The notes: a model not told the origin generated them from the sequence alone. DNA of 59,029 nucleotides from Phycisphaera mikurensis (GCA_022730455.1 DZDI01000002.1:1-59029); one strand, 5' to 3'. Shown: positions 35,396 to 45,693, counted from the stretch's first letter. Numbers and translations: made by a program.

Positions 35396-35515
35396 GTACA
35401 TGCGATGCCGTACTTGGATAAACGTTAGGCGGCAGAGGCCTAATTGTCAACGGCGCATGAAAAAGGAGCTTGTTGCCAAGCCCCTTGGTATCAGTGATTC
35501 ACCGGTTGGTGGTAT

Positions 35516-36970
35516 TTAAGCACTTACCGGTACTCTTTGTTCAGAAGCAGAGTCAGATGTCACCCAGTTGCTTTCCCGGCCAGCTTCTTCGAGCGATTTT
35601 CCAGCCGGTTCCTGGATACAAAAGGTTGTAAGCACCACTCCGACCACGCACATCCCGGTGGAGATGAGCATGCCTCCGGAAAAACCGATGCTGGCCAAGA
35701 TCGGATTGAGGAACAACACGCCGAGGAATGCACCAAACTTGGCGATACCGGCGGAGATTCCAAATCCGGTGGTACGGATATTAACGGGGTAAACCTCCGA
35801 AGATAGAACATAAGTGGTGACGTTGGGACCGAATTCCGTAAAGAAGTAGCTGATGCCGAAGACACCGATGAAAAGCCAGGGTTCACGTGACAGGGCCGGC
35901 ACCGTTCCAAGGAGCAGGAACGAGAGTCCCATTACGACAAAGCCCAGATTTTGAATGAATTTACGACCCAATTTATCGCACTTTATAGTAGCGAGCACAT
36001 AGCCTGGGACGGCGAACACGCCAAAGATGAGTACGTTCCACGCTACCACCGAGAGCAGATTGGCGTGTGGTGCGACGGAGTGAATAATCGTCGGCATCCC
36101 GACGGTGTTGCCGTAATATGCGTAGTCCAGCACAAACCATGTACCAGCGGTGCCCAAAAGCGTGATCCAGTATTTGCTTAGAGGCTCGCGTACCAACTTG
36201 TCCTTGCCAGCTGAGGAAGTAACTCCGTCAGAATAGCGTGTGAGAGCGGCTGCGGCTTCATCGCCACGCCCTTTGGCCCGAGCCAGCCAGCGCGGTGATT
36301 CCGGCATGGTGCGGCGGAGAACAATCACGCCAAGTGCCGGCAGTGCGCCGAGGCCCAAGGCAATTCGCCAGACCAATTCATGGCTGACACCGGCCGCGAG
36401 AAGTGTCAAAGCAACCATCGGCCCGATTAAAAAACCAAGAGCCTGGCAGGAGAAAACCATTGACACCATCAGACCACGTTTTTCGCGATTGGCGTACTCG
36501 GCCATGATGGTGCCGGAGAGCGGATAATCGCCACCGATGCCAAAGCCCATGATGGTACGCCAGGCGATCATTGAAATCGGTCCCAAGGCGAATGCGCTGC
36601 CAATGGCGCCAATCGCCATAAGGGCCGCTTCGATGCCATATACGCTCTTGCGTCCGAATTTGTCAGCAAAGAATCCAAAGACGAAACTACCCAGAAACGT
36701 TCCGGCAAGCGAGACCGCGGCGACCAAGCCCATCAAAAAAGCGAATTGCTGTGCCGCGTGCGGGCTGTGGTTAGATGCCATAAAAGCCTTTTTCCATTCC
36801 GGTGCCGCCAGCACAAGGGCGGTGCCGATAATGGTCAGGTCATATGCCGACGCGAAAAATCCCATTCCCGCCGTGATGATGGCGCGAAGGTGGAAGCCGC
36901 TGAACTTTACCTCGTTGAGCGCTTCTGACACTTCGCGGGCATGAATTTGATTGTTGACTGCCGCAGCCAT
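35516..36970 (-). CDS. MFS transporter (sugar-porter / PHS-like)
   Basis: 12-TM layout with the motifs GRKSVYGIEA, PESPRWL and AEYANREKRG. Confidence 0.85.
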   Translation of the reverse strand: MAAAVNNQIHAREVSEALNEVKFSGFHLRAIITAGMGFFASAYDLTIIGTALVLAAPEWKKAFMASNHSPHAAQQFAFLMGLVAAVSLAGTFLGSFVFGFFADKFGRKSVYGIEAALMAIGAIGSAFALGPISMIAWRTIMGFGIGGDYPLSGTIMAEYANREKRGLMVSMVFSCQALGFLIGPMVALTLLAAGVSHELVWRIALGLGALPALGVIVLRRTMPESPRWLARAKGRGDEAAAALTRYSDGVTSSAGKDKLVREPLSKYWITLLGTAGTWFVLDYAYYGNTVGMPTIIHSVAPHANLLSVVAWNVLIFGVFAVPGYVLATIKCDKLGRKFIQNLGFVVMGLSFLLLGTVPALSREPWLFIGVFGISYFFTEFGPNVTTYVLSSEVYPVNIRTTGFGISAGIAKFGAFLGVLFLNPILASIGFSGGMLISTGMCVVGVVLTTFCIQEPAGKSLEEAGRESNWVTSDSASEQRVPVSA

Positions 36971-37305
36971 TGTGATGTCTCCTGTTTAGAACTCTGTTAC
37001 CACTCTCGATCAGGTGCGAGACAATCTCTCGCAGCCGTCCGCCGGGCCAGCAGCTCCAGAACAACTGTAGCAGCGAAATACCATCGGCGGCCATGTGAGT
37101 AGGTTAGAGGTGCAAGGTTAAATGAGGCTTAGGCTTGTGTTAAGGTTTGGCTAAGCTTGCAGGCGGCGGCGGTAATAAATCGTAAGTATATGTTTTATAG
37201 TTAGTTAAGTGGTTATAATGGGTGGCTAAACCGACCCATAATAATACATAAACGCGAAATTATGGCCAAAACTATTGGTATTCGCCATTTTTATGAGGTA
37301 GAAGG

Positions 37306-38826
37306 CTATATGCCACCCTCCGCCATGGCGACGGCCTTTAACAGTGCGGCGGCCTTATTGAGCGATTCCTGATATTCCGCAGCGGGCACCGAATCAGCTA
37401 CCAACCCGGCCCCGGCCTGAACGTAAACGGTGTTTCGGCCAGTTAGTGAATTTTTAGTAATTACCATGGTACGCAGTGCGATGCAGGTGTCCATGTTGCC
37501 GGAAAAATCAAAGTGTCCTACGGCTCCGGCGTACGGGCCGCGGCGCGTGGGTTCAAGCTCATCAATAATCTGCATGGCGCGGATTTTGGGGGCCCCGCTG
37601 ACAGTGCCAACCGGCAGTGTGTTCCGAAGCGCATCAAAGCAGGTTTTATCCCTTGCCAGCCGCCCTGAAACATTCGTCGTGATATGCATGACATGACTGT
37701 AGCGTTCAACTGAAAGCGCATCGGAAATTTGTACCGAACCCAATTCAGCTACACGCCCGACATCATTACGGCCTAAATCAACAAGCATCACATGCTCGGC
37801 GATTTCTTTAGGGTCAGCCAGTAACTCCTTTTCCAACGCGGCATCTTCTTCGGGCGTGGCTCCGCGCCGGCGCGTACCCGCCAGAGGTCGGTTGGTCACA
37901 ACCCCATCTTCAACCCGGCACATGATCTCCGGCGAGGAACCGACAAGGATGCACTGCGGGCTTTTGAGATAAAACATGAAGGGCGATGGATTGATCATCC
38001 GTAAGGCGCGGTAAACATCAAATGGGTCGGCGGCTGTCGTCATCTCCAGACATTGCGAAAGTACCACCTGGAAGATGTCGCCGGCGGCGATGTACGCGCG
38101 GGCTTTTTCCACAGCGGCCTCAAATTCAGCGGGTTGGAAATTGCTTCGGTAAGCAGGCATGGGCGGGGGTGTGAAGGGGATAGTTTTAGCGGTTGCTTTT
38201 GTCGGTCCATTGAGCTTTTCCACCATCCGTTTGATGCGTCGGGCTGCATCGGCGTAAAGGGCTTTGGGAGGTTGACCGTCGGCGCTGACGTTGGCAATCA
38301 CCATGATCGTTTTGTTGACATGATCGAAAACCACCAATTCGTGGTACAGGCCGAAAATAACATCGGGCAGATGTCGAAAATCGGGCGGAGGAGAATTCAA
38401 TTTTTCGCCTTCAAGATAGCGCACGGTGTCGTAGCCGGCGTAGCCCACGGCACCGCCGGTAAAAGTCGGCAGATCCGGTAGATACGGCGAGCGGTGCGTG
38501 CCGAGCATTTTTTCAAGGTCGGCGATGGGGTCGGATGACTGCTTTTCGTCAATGCCTTTGCTGTTGGCAATAGTGAGTTTATTTCCATAGGCCGTCAGGA
38601 CAGATTGTGGGTCAGCGCCCAGAAAACTATAGCGGGCTACGCGCTCGCCCCCGACAATGGATTCCAGTAAAAAGGCATGATCGCTGTTTTTGGCGATAAG
38701 TTGATAGGCGGTCACGGGTGTGAGGTGATCAGCCATGACGCGGACATAAACGGGCACGACAGCACCGGGTTTAAGCAGGGATTCGAAATGAGAAAACTCG
38801 GGCCAAGTGTGCAGATCAGACGACAA
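37306..38826 (-). CDS. trpE: Anthranilate synthase component I
   Basis: LLESIVGGERVARYSFLG (Trp feedback region), PSPFMFYL, and GAGLVADSVPAAEYQES. Confidence 0.92.
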   Translation of the reverse strand: MSSDLHTWPEFSHFESLLKPGAVVPVYVRVMADHLTPVTAYQLIAKNSDHAFLLESIVGGERVARYSFLGADPQSVLTAYGNKLTIANSKGIDEKQSSDPIADLEKMLGTHRSPYLPDLPTFTGGAVGYAGYDTVRYLEGEKLNSPPPDFRHLPDVIFGLYHELVVFDHVNKTIMVIANVSADGQPPKALYADAARRIKRMVEKLNGPTKATAKTIPFTPPPMPAYRSNFQPAEFEAAVEKARAYIAAGDIFQVVLSQCLEMTTAADPFDVYRALRMINPSPFMFYLKSPQCILVGSSPEIMCRVEDGVVTNRPLAGTRRRGATPEEDAALEKELLADPKEIAEHVMLVDLGRNDVGRVAELGSVQISDALSVERYSHVMHITTNVSGRLARDKTCFDALRNTLPVGTVSGAPKIRAMQIIDELEPTRRGPYAGAVGHFDFSGNMDTCIALRTMVITKNSLTGRNTVYVQAGAGLVADSVPAAEYQESLNKAAALLKAVAMAEGGI

Positions 38827-38902
38827 TAAAAGCTCCTTAAGCAGCCGACACTATTTGTGATTGTACCGACGCCCCGCCGGTTCTGCGAAGTGGATGCGAG
38901 TG

Positions 38903-39928
38903 TCAATAGCTATGACTTCCAAGGCGGACTTTATCGCGGAATACCCAGTAAATATAGATGGTGTAGGTAAGCACCATCGGTATGCCGATGACGGCGGCGA
39001 TAAGCATGATGTTGAGGGTCTTGAGTGTGGATGATGAATTGAAGATGGACAGGCTCCAATCAGGATGATTGGGGGCGTAGACCAGATCGGGGAACAGGCC
39101 GATCGAAAGCACCACCAGGAGGAATACGATGGAAAGGCAACTGGATACAAAAGCACGTCGGAATCTATTACGGGCGATTTCCCTCGGCACGTTGGCGATG
39201 GCCAGCATAAGCAGCAGAGGGAAAACAAAAAAGCCGGGATTGTGCCGAAACGCACTGGTGAGGCGTGGATAATAAACCAGCGTGACCAAGGCAGTGGTAA
39301 CCGCAGTGATAATGAAAAAGGTGATGGTCCGGTTCACCCATTGCCGTACCCTGGCTTGGAGTTCGCCTTCCGTACGGAGAACCAGATAAATAGACCCGTG
39401 CATGCTGAAAAGCGCTACAGTGGTGATGCTGACCAGCAGTGGATAGGGGCTGATGAGATGAAGCAATCCGCCGATGTAGTCACCTTTGGCGCTGAGCGGC
39501 AGGCCAATAGCGAGATTGCCGACAAAGGCGCCAAGTAGAATAGCCGCCAGCAGGCTCGATATAGCGAACGCCCAATCCCACGTGGATCGCCAATGGGGCG
39601 AGAGGAGTTTGCTGCGAAATTCAATTGACACCGCCCGGAAAATTAGGGATGCCAACAGCGCCATAAAAATCAGGTAAAAGCCGGAAAACAGTGTGGCGTA
39701 CACATAGGGGAATGCGGCGAACATGGCGCCGCCACCGGTTACCAGCCAGACCTCGTTGCCATCCCAGATGGGGCCGATGCTGTTGATCAGCAATCGCCGT
39801 TCGGTATCGTCCTTGACGAACACATGCAGAATTCCCACGCCGAGATCAAAACCATCGAGAATGGCATAACCGGTGAACAGTATGCCAAGGAGAACAAACC
39901 AGATTATCTGAGCAACTTCTAAACTCAT
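38903..39928 (-). CDS. cydB: Cytochrome bd ubiquinol/menaquinol oxidase subunit II
   Basis: N-terminal IWFVLLGILFTGYAILDGFDLGVGIL is typical of CydB. It lies directly downstream of cydA. Confidence 0.9.
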   Translation of the reverse strand: MSLEVAQIIWFVLLGILFTGYAILDGFDLGVGILHVFVKDDTERRLLINSIGPIWDGNEVWLVTGGGAMFAAFPYVYATLFSGFYLIFMALLASLIFRAVSIEFRSKLLSPHWRSTWDWAFAISSLLAAILLGAFVGNLAIGLPLSAKGDYIGGLLHLISPYPLLVSITTVALFSMHGSIYLVLRTEGELQARVRQWVNRTITFFIITAVTTALVTLVYYPRLTSAFRHNPGFFVFPLLLMLAIANVPREIARNRFRRAFVSSCLSIVFLLVVLSIGLFPDLVYAPNHPDWSLSIFNSSSTLKTLNIMLIAAVIGIPMVLTYTIYIYWVFRDKVRLGSHSY

Positions 39929-39964
39929 TTCGGCTCCTGAACCACGGGGCTGGAGTAATATGAA

Positions 39965-41359
39965 CTACGCGTCCAACCGCGCGTTGGGCTGCACGACCAT
40001 ATCCGTTAACACTGGATGCTCGACATCATGTGGTGGCTCGATGGGGGCGGGACCGGCAAGGATCTTCCGAGTCAGCAGAAAAACAAACAGGATGCCGAGC
40101 AGCAGATAAATTAATGAAAACATAATGATACTGGCGAGCACTTCGCCGGCAACCAGATGCGGTGAAATGCCTTGTGAGGTTTTCAGGATGCCATAGACAA
40201 TCCACGGTTGGCGGCCCACTTCCGCCGAGAACCATCCCGCTTCATTGGCTATCAATGGCGCAATGGCCGAGAGGACAAACGCCCAGAGAAGCCAGCGATG
40301 CTTCAGGAGAGAGCCGCGCCACCAATAAAACACTCCCAGCATGGCCAGACCGATCATCGCCATTCCCATGGCCACCATAATGTGGTACGACTGAAAAACA
40401 GGATTGACGGGCGGCCGGTCAGATGGTTTGAAATGGTCCAGCCCGATGACGGGGTGCTTGGGGTTCCAGTAAAGCAGCCAACTGAGCATGCCGGGAATTT
40501 TCAGGCCGTAGACTTTTTGCGCTTTGGTGTCCACCCACCCCGCGATGCTCATGCCGGAGGGCGCATCTGCCTTGAAGTGTCCCTCGAAGGCGGCAAGTTT
40601 TGCCGGTTGATATTTGGCAATCATGCGGGCATTGGCATCACCTGTGAGCAACTGAAGCAGCGATGTGCTTAACGCGACCACAAGTGCTATCTTGATGCAT
40701 CGCTGGGCACAATCCATATGCCGATTGCGGAGAATATAAAACGCACTAACCGAGAGAACCAGAAAAGCGCCCGAAAGCAGCGCTCCGATGATCGTATGTG
40801 AAAGCCTGTCCATGGACGATGGGTTGAAGAGCACTTGGGCGAAATTGGTGACGTGGGCGGCAATCGGTTTGCCATTTTTGTAAATAAGCTTAAACCCGCT
40901 GGGCGTCTGCATCCAGGAATTAGCGATGGTGATCCACACGGCACTGAAGGCTGAGCCCAGAAACACCATGATGGTAGAAAAAAAATGCAGCCGTTTACCC
41001 ACCTTGTCGTGGCCGAAAAGCAGGATGGCCAAAAAGCCCGATTCGAGAAAGAAGGCAAATATACCCTCCATGGCGAGCGGCCCGCCGAACACGTCGCCAA
41101 CAAAGCGGGAATAGTTTGCCCAGTTGGTGCCGAATTCAAACTCCATCACGATGCCCGTCGCAACGCCCAAGCCGAAGGTGAGCGCAAAAATGCCGGTCCA
41201 AAACCGGAGCATTTGTGAATAAACCGCTTTACCCGTTTTTAAGTACAGGCCTTCCATGATGACCATCATCAAGCCCAACCCGATGCTGAGAGGTGGGAAG
41301 ATATAGTGAAAAGATATCGTAAGGCCGAACTGCAGGCGGGAAAGAAAAAGCGCGTTCAT
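39965..41359 (-). CDS. cydA: Cytochrome bd oxidase subunit I
   Basis: LSRLQFGLTISFHYIFPPLSIGL, GWFSAEVGRQPWIVYG. Start at ATG 41359. Confidence 0.92.
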   Translation of the reverse strand: MNALFLSRLQFGLTISFHYIFPPLSIGLGLMMVIMEGLYLKTGKAVYSQMLRFWTGIFALTFGLGVATGIVMEFEFGTNWANYSRFVGDVFGGPLAMEGIFAFFLESGFLAILLFGHDKVGKRLHFFSTIMVFLGSAFSAVWITIANSWMQTPSGFKLIYKNGKPIAAHVTNFAQVLFNPSSMDRLSHTIIGALLSGAFLVLSVSAFYILRNRHMDCAQRCIKIALVVALSTSLLQLLTGDANARMIAKYQPAKLAAFEGHFKADAPSGMSIAGWVDTKAQKVYGLKIPGMLSWLLYWNPKHPVIGLDHFKPSDRPPVNPVFQSYHIMVAMGMAMIGLAMLGVFYWWRGSLLKHRWLLWAFVLSAIAPLIANEAGWFSAEVGRQPWIVYGILKTSQGISPHLVAGEVLASIIMFSLIYLLLGILFVFLLTRKILAGPAPIEPPHDVEHPVLTDMVVQPNARLDA

Positions 41360-41435
41360 AATGAGATGCCTTTCGACCGTATGGCGCACGGCAAACCCAA
41401 AACAGCCCTCCCCGATTCATCGCATGGGGACGGGC

Positions 41436-41450
41436 GTGACAGAGCACTAG
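41436..41450 (+). repeat. Family C motif copy 2 (GTGACAGAGCACTAG)
   Basis: Exact 15-mer shared with 16931-16945. It lies in the divergent region between cydA and the hydrolase gene. Confidence 0.65.
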
Positions 41451-41638
41451 CTCCCAGTTGACGCATTTTGTCGATCCATCTTCCTGGAGTCGACATCAAT
41501 CCTCTGCGGCCCACGCGCGCCGCGTGGAGGCGCGTTGCAGCCACCGCCTCGACAGGGCTGACACCCACGACTCTAGCCACGGGGTGGGGCGGTGTCAAAC
41601 TTTTGGCCACACCAGACTCCTGGCTCTATAATAAAACC

Positions 41639-42652
41639 ATGAGCGAAATGGACATCCGGGATTCTATTGGGAGCGCGGCCGATCATGCGGGTGCCGCTCG
41701 CAATCCGGTTGTCATGTGCACGGTGCAGGGCCCGTTGGTGTCGGTAGATAAATTTTCGCATACCGACCCACCGGAAAAGACCAATGAAATCAGCTACTTT
41801 GCGGAGGCGGGCGAGCGGAAAATCCCATTTAAATTTTTACGGTCGGGACCCGGTCGGCGACCGGTGGTGGTATTTCTCCATGGGATGGGGCTTACAACCG
41901 CGTCGTATTGGGGCATGCTGGCATACACGATGCGCAGCCACGACGTCCTGCTGATCGATTGGAGCGATTTCGCCACCGGCGATTACTGGCCCCGGCGAGG
42001 GCTTTCATTGGAACGCCTCGCCGCGGATTTTTTGGCCGTGCCCCATGCATTGGGGATTGATCGCTTCGTGCTTTCTGGCTCGAGTCTGGGTGGCGGCTTG
42101 AGCCTCATGACAGCCATTGGCCATCCATCGCTGGTCACTGGGCTGATGTTATTTAACCCCGCCGCCTACCCGCAGTCACTGCCCATGTTTTATCAAATCG
42201 CCCGTATCCCCCTGCTGGGAGAATTTATAATGCGCACCGTCGGTTCTCGAAGCCTTACCTATGGCGTCTTCAAGACCGGCTACGCCGACCCGCGAAAGGC
42301 GCATCCAGATTTAGTTAAAATGTATGAGATCAACATGCGCCCGCTGGCCAACCGCCTTAAACTGATGCATTTAATACGTGCGTTGCCGACGCGGCACTCA
42401 CATGTGGCCCGATATGCCGATCTGGCCCGGCACATTGATCAGCCCGTGATGGTGGTCTGGGGTGTCAAGGATGGTCTTCTGCACGGGGCAACACCGAATC
42501 GGCTCCAGAAGGATATCCAAGGTTTGCAACTGGAGATGGTGGATCACGTGTCGCATCTGCCGCACGAGGAAGCGCCGGAACGTGTCGGGCCGATGGTGGC
42601 AGAATTTTTGCAGCAGCGCATGATGGCTTCGGCCAATCCTCAAGGCAATTGA
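41639..42652 (+). CDS. Alpha/beta-fold hydrolase
   Basis: VVVFLHGMG oxyanion region and nucleophile elbow GSSLGG. The start is placed at ATG 41639. A TATAAT at 41627-41632 sits 7 nt upstream and there is no RBS, so the mRNA may be leaderless. Confidence 0.7.
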   Translation: MSEMDIRDSIGSAADHAGAARNPVVMCTVQGPLVSVDKFSHTDPPEKTNEISYFAEAGERKIPFKFLRSGPGRRPVVVFLHGMGLTTASYWGMLAYTMRSHDVLLIDWSDFATGDYWPRRGLSLERLAADFLAVPHALGIDRFVLSGSSLGGGLSLMTAIGHPSLVTGLMLFNPAAYPQSLPMFYQIARIPLLGEFIMRTVGSRSLTYGVFKTGYADPRKAHPDLVKMYEINMRPLANRLKLMHLIRALPTRHSHVARYADLARHIDQPVMVVWGVKDGLLHGATPNRLQKDIQGLQLEMVDHVSHLPHEEAPERVGPMVAEFLQQRMMASANPQGN

Positions 42653-42698
42653 ACCTGCCACAGGCGGCTTTGGGCAAGATCGGCTACCATGACGTTCG

Positions 42699-44063
42699 AT
42701 GGTTTGGGATGCAAGGACTGCCTGTACACGATTATTGTCCGAATGGAAGACGTTGAGTGATCCGCCGCGGATTCCGCCGCATGAGGATGCTTTTTGGGCG
42801 AATCTGCCCGCCATGGAGCGGGGTGCTGCCATGGATATGCTTACGGGCATACTGCGCCGCCGCCTTACCTTGGATGCGGCCATTCGTGCTGTGAGCAATC
42901 GGCCGGGGGAGACGATTGAACCGCTGGTGCGCGCAATATTGTGGGTGGGGACTTTCCAGTTGCTGTTTTCCGATCATGTCGCGGACTACGCGGCCGTTGA
43001 TTCGGCGGTGAAATTGGCGGGTAAATTGCAGGTGAGCCGGGCGGGAGGATTTATTAACGCGGTGCTGCGATCCATACAGCGATTGGAGCCGACCATCGAA
43101 GCGTCGGGTTCGGCATCATTGCGGAGTTGCCCGACAGACCAAGGGCGCTGGTTGGTTTTTCAGCGTGCTATATTTCCATCGGTAACGCAGCACCGAGTTG
43201 CGTATTGGTCGCAGGCGGCCAGTATTCCGATGGAATTGGCAGCCGAATTGTTTCAAGAACTCGGCGACGGTGCCGCACAAATAATGATTGCTGCCAACGG
43301 CCGTCCGCCAGTGATCTGCCGGGTTGATCGCCCTGACGTACTCCACGCGTGTGAGCGCCTGCGGCCGCACGCGCAAGCCGGCTACGTTGTGGCCGAGGGC
43401 GGCGTGAATGGCGATACCCGGTCGGCCATCGACCGTGGTGACATCTCGCCGCAGGATCCGACTGCCGGATTGGCGGCACAATGGCTGATGGATGCACTGG
43501 CGGAGCCTGACACAACTTCGCACGACGATCGGGTCTCGCCACCCCATGTTTTGGATTTATGCGCAGGGCGGGGCACGAAGACGATTCAGTTGGCCATGGG
43601 TGGTTTGCGGGTGACGGCCAGTGATATTGCCGCGGATAAATTGCAAACATTGGCGCAGCGAGAAGCATTGCTTCGCACCGGGCGAATCACCGTCTGTCCG
43701 TCGGGAGAACTTTCGGAGCAGCCCGAATCTTTTGACGGTGTGCTGGTGGACGTTCCATGTTCCAACACAGGCGTATTGGCGCGGCGCCCTGAAGTGCGGT
43801 GGCGGCTTATGCGGCTTAACACAGATGAGTTATTGCAAACACAATATAATATTCTGCGGCGTGCCGGCACGTTGGCAAAAGCCGTTCTGGTTTACAGTAC
43901 GTGCAGTATCCTGCCGCGGGAAAATGAAAAGCTGGTAAAACAATTCCTGAACAGTGAACAGGGACGCCGCTGGCGATTGTTCAAGGCGCACACCACACTG
44001 CCCGTCACCGGCAAGGACCAATGGCGCGACGGCGGTTACGTTGCCGTGATGCGACGAAACTGA
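42699..44063 (+). CDS. rsmB: 16S rRNA (cytosine-C5)-methyltransferase RsmB/Sun
   Basis: NusB-like N-terminal domain, SAM site DLCAGRGTKT, and the catalytic motifs VDVPCSNTG and VYSTCSILPRENE. Confidence 0.85.
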   Translation: MVWDARTACTRLLSEWKTLSDPPRIPPHEDAFWANLPAMERGAAMDMLTGILRRRLTLDAAIRAVSNRPGETIEPLVRAILWVGTFQLLFSDHVADYAAVDSAVKLAGKLQVSRAGGFINAVLRSIQRLEPTIEASGSASLRSCPTDQGRWLVFQRAIFPSVTQHRVAYWSQAASIPMELAAELFQELGDGAAQIMIAANGRPPVICRVDRPDVLHACERLRPHAQAGYVVAEGGVNGDTRSAIDRGDISPQDPTAGLAAQWLMDALAEPDTTSHDDRVSPPHVLDLCAGRGTKTIQLAMGGLRVTASDIAADKLQTLAQREALLRTGRITVCPSGELSEQPESFDGVLVDVPCSNTGVLARRPEVRWRLMRLNTDELLQTQYNILRRAGTLAKAVLVYSTCSILPRENEKLVKQFLNSEQGRRWRLFKAHTTLPVTGKDQWRDGGYVAVMRRN

Positions 44064-44143
44064 ATTGTCGCATGCCATCCGTGATCGAGTTCATTGGGCT
44101 GTCGAAAGGCGCAGGCCACGGCCCGACACCACAAGCCCGTTAA

Positions 44144-45286
44144 TCAGACGGTGAGCCCCTTGGCTGCACTCCCTTTTTTGCGGGCTTTGCCGGTAACTGT
44201 TGCCGCTTGCACCTTGGCTACCGTGGTCTTTTTAACCATACCGGCACCGCGATTCAGGGCGTCGAGTTTGGGGCCAAATTCTTTGGCGATGCGGGCTTTG
44301 AAGCTCTTTTTGTGGTACGCATAGCCAACGATCAGCGGCATGGCCAGCGTGGCTTCCGCATAGACCATCTGCTCATCAACAATATCCACCTTGCCCCAAC
44401 TGCTGGCCTCCCGCAGGGTGGAACTGGAAAGTGCCCCGTCGCGTACATCGGCCACCGTGATTTGAATGGCGTATTTATGCATGGGGGCGTCCACACCCAG
44501 GATTTCCGCCGCAACGACGATGTCCTGAGTGAAATTCTTTGGTACCCCGCCGCCGATCATAAAGATACCTGTTTCGCGGTTCATCACCTTGATCTGCGTC
44601 AATTCACGAAAATCTTTAACGGAGTCAATACTGACATGCGATTCCGGAGAGTTGAGTTGATGCACGACAAGCCCAAATCCGGCCGAGCAATCAGAAAACG
44701 CCGGACAGAATATCGGTACACCTTTTTCATAGGCAGCCAGAACGATGCTGTCGCGATTTTTGGCGTGCTTGGTTAAATATTGACCCATAGCGGAGATAAA
44801 TTCGCGACTGCTGCATGGTCCCGGCGGCAGGCTATCGGCAATAATGCGAGTGGTGTCGTCGCAGATGCGCAGTTCGTCTTCATCAATGAAGGTATCGTAG
44901 ATGCGATCAATATGCAGATCACGGAGCACGGTGTCATCGACATACGGCGACCCGACATAATGCCGAAAGCCGAGGGCTTCAAAAAAATCCTGATCCACCA
45001 TATTGGCACCGGTGGAGACGATGGCATCAACCATATTGTTACGCACCATTTCAACAATGACTTTCTTAAGCCCCGCCGAAATCAGTGACCCGGCCAAGGT
45101 CAAAATCACTGCACATGATTTATCACGCAGCATCCGGTCGTATATATCAGCGGCGCGATGCAGATCACGGGATGAAAACGCCATGTGCTCCATCGATTCA
45201 ACCAGTGGCACAATGCCTTCAAGTTTGGCAATGTCAATGTGCCGGATGGTTTTGTTGAGCAGGTCTTTACGGGTCAATTTCGGCAT
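44144..45286 (-). CDS. Deoxyhypusine synthase family protein with Lys/Ala-rich C-terminal tail
   Basis: Family-typical GGGVPKNF, AGSLISAGL and STGANMVDQD segments. The last ~55 aa (KKSFKARIAKE...KARKKGSAAKGLTV) are strongly basic. Confidence 0.8.
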   Translation of the reverse strand: MPKLTRKDLLNKTIRHIDIAKLEGIVPLVESMEHMAFSSRDLHRAADIYDRMLRDKSCAVILTLAGSLISAGLKKVIVEMVRNNMVDAIVSTGANMVDQDFFEALGFRHYVGSPYVDDTVLRDLHIDRIYDTFIDEDELRICDDTTRIIADSLPPGPCSSREFISAMGQYLTKHAKNRDSIVLAAYEKGVPIFCPAFSDCSAGFGLVVHQLNSPESHVSIDSVKDFRELTQIKVMNRETGIFMIGGGVPKNFTQDIVVAAEILGVDAPMHKYAIQITVADVRDGALSSSTLREASSWGKVDIVDEQMVYAEATLAMPLIVGYAYHKKSFKARIAKEFGPKLDALNRGAGMVKKTTVAKVQAATVTGKARKKGSAAKGLTV

Positions 45287-45693
45287 GATGATTCTCCATT
45301 GCGTCCGATGCCATTTCCATCAATATGGATGGTCGCTGCAGGCGATGGCTACCGAACGCGGTGTAAGAGTGTACAAAAGAAATGTAAACTTTGCATGAAG
45401 ATACGATGCGTCAATGCCGATTGCACTGCGAGGATCGGCAGGCACAACTTTCACAAAGGGGTTTTGAGCATGTCCGTTGCGGACTTCGTAAGATTGCGGG
45501 CCTCCGTGACCGCCACCACTGCGTCGGCATCGGGGACATGCGGTTTTAGTTCGCAGAGCCTCTGGGCCGCTCGATTTGCGGGGTTGTCGGCCGGCAGTGT
45601 CTGAAAAATAAAAAGGACGGTGGCTACGCGTTCTAATTCGAGACCCCTTTTTTTTCCACGGCGTGGGCGATGAAATCGATACATCTTTTATAT

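Noticed and set aside
37090-37160. TRAP-like GAG/TAG triplet series next to trpE
   Set aside because: The triplets are irregularly spaced. They lie downstream of trpE and on the opposite strand to it, and TRAP regulation is a Bacillus-type mechanism with no mtrB-like gene here.
41468-41638. The 57-codon N-terminal extension of the alpha/beta hydrolase ORF
   Set aside because: The extension translates through the family C repeat and a promoter-like TATAAT, and it is Arg/Thr/Ala-rich without signal-peptide character. The ATG at 41639 gives a normal-length hydrolase.
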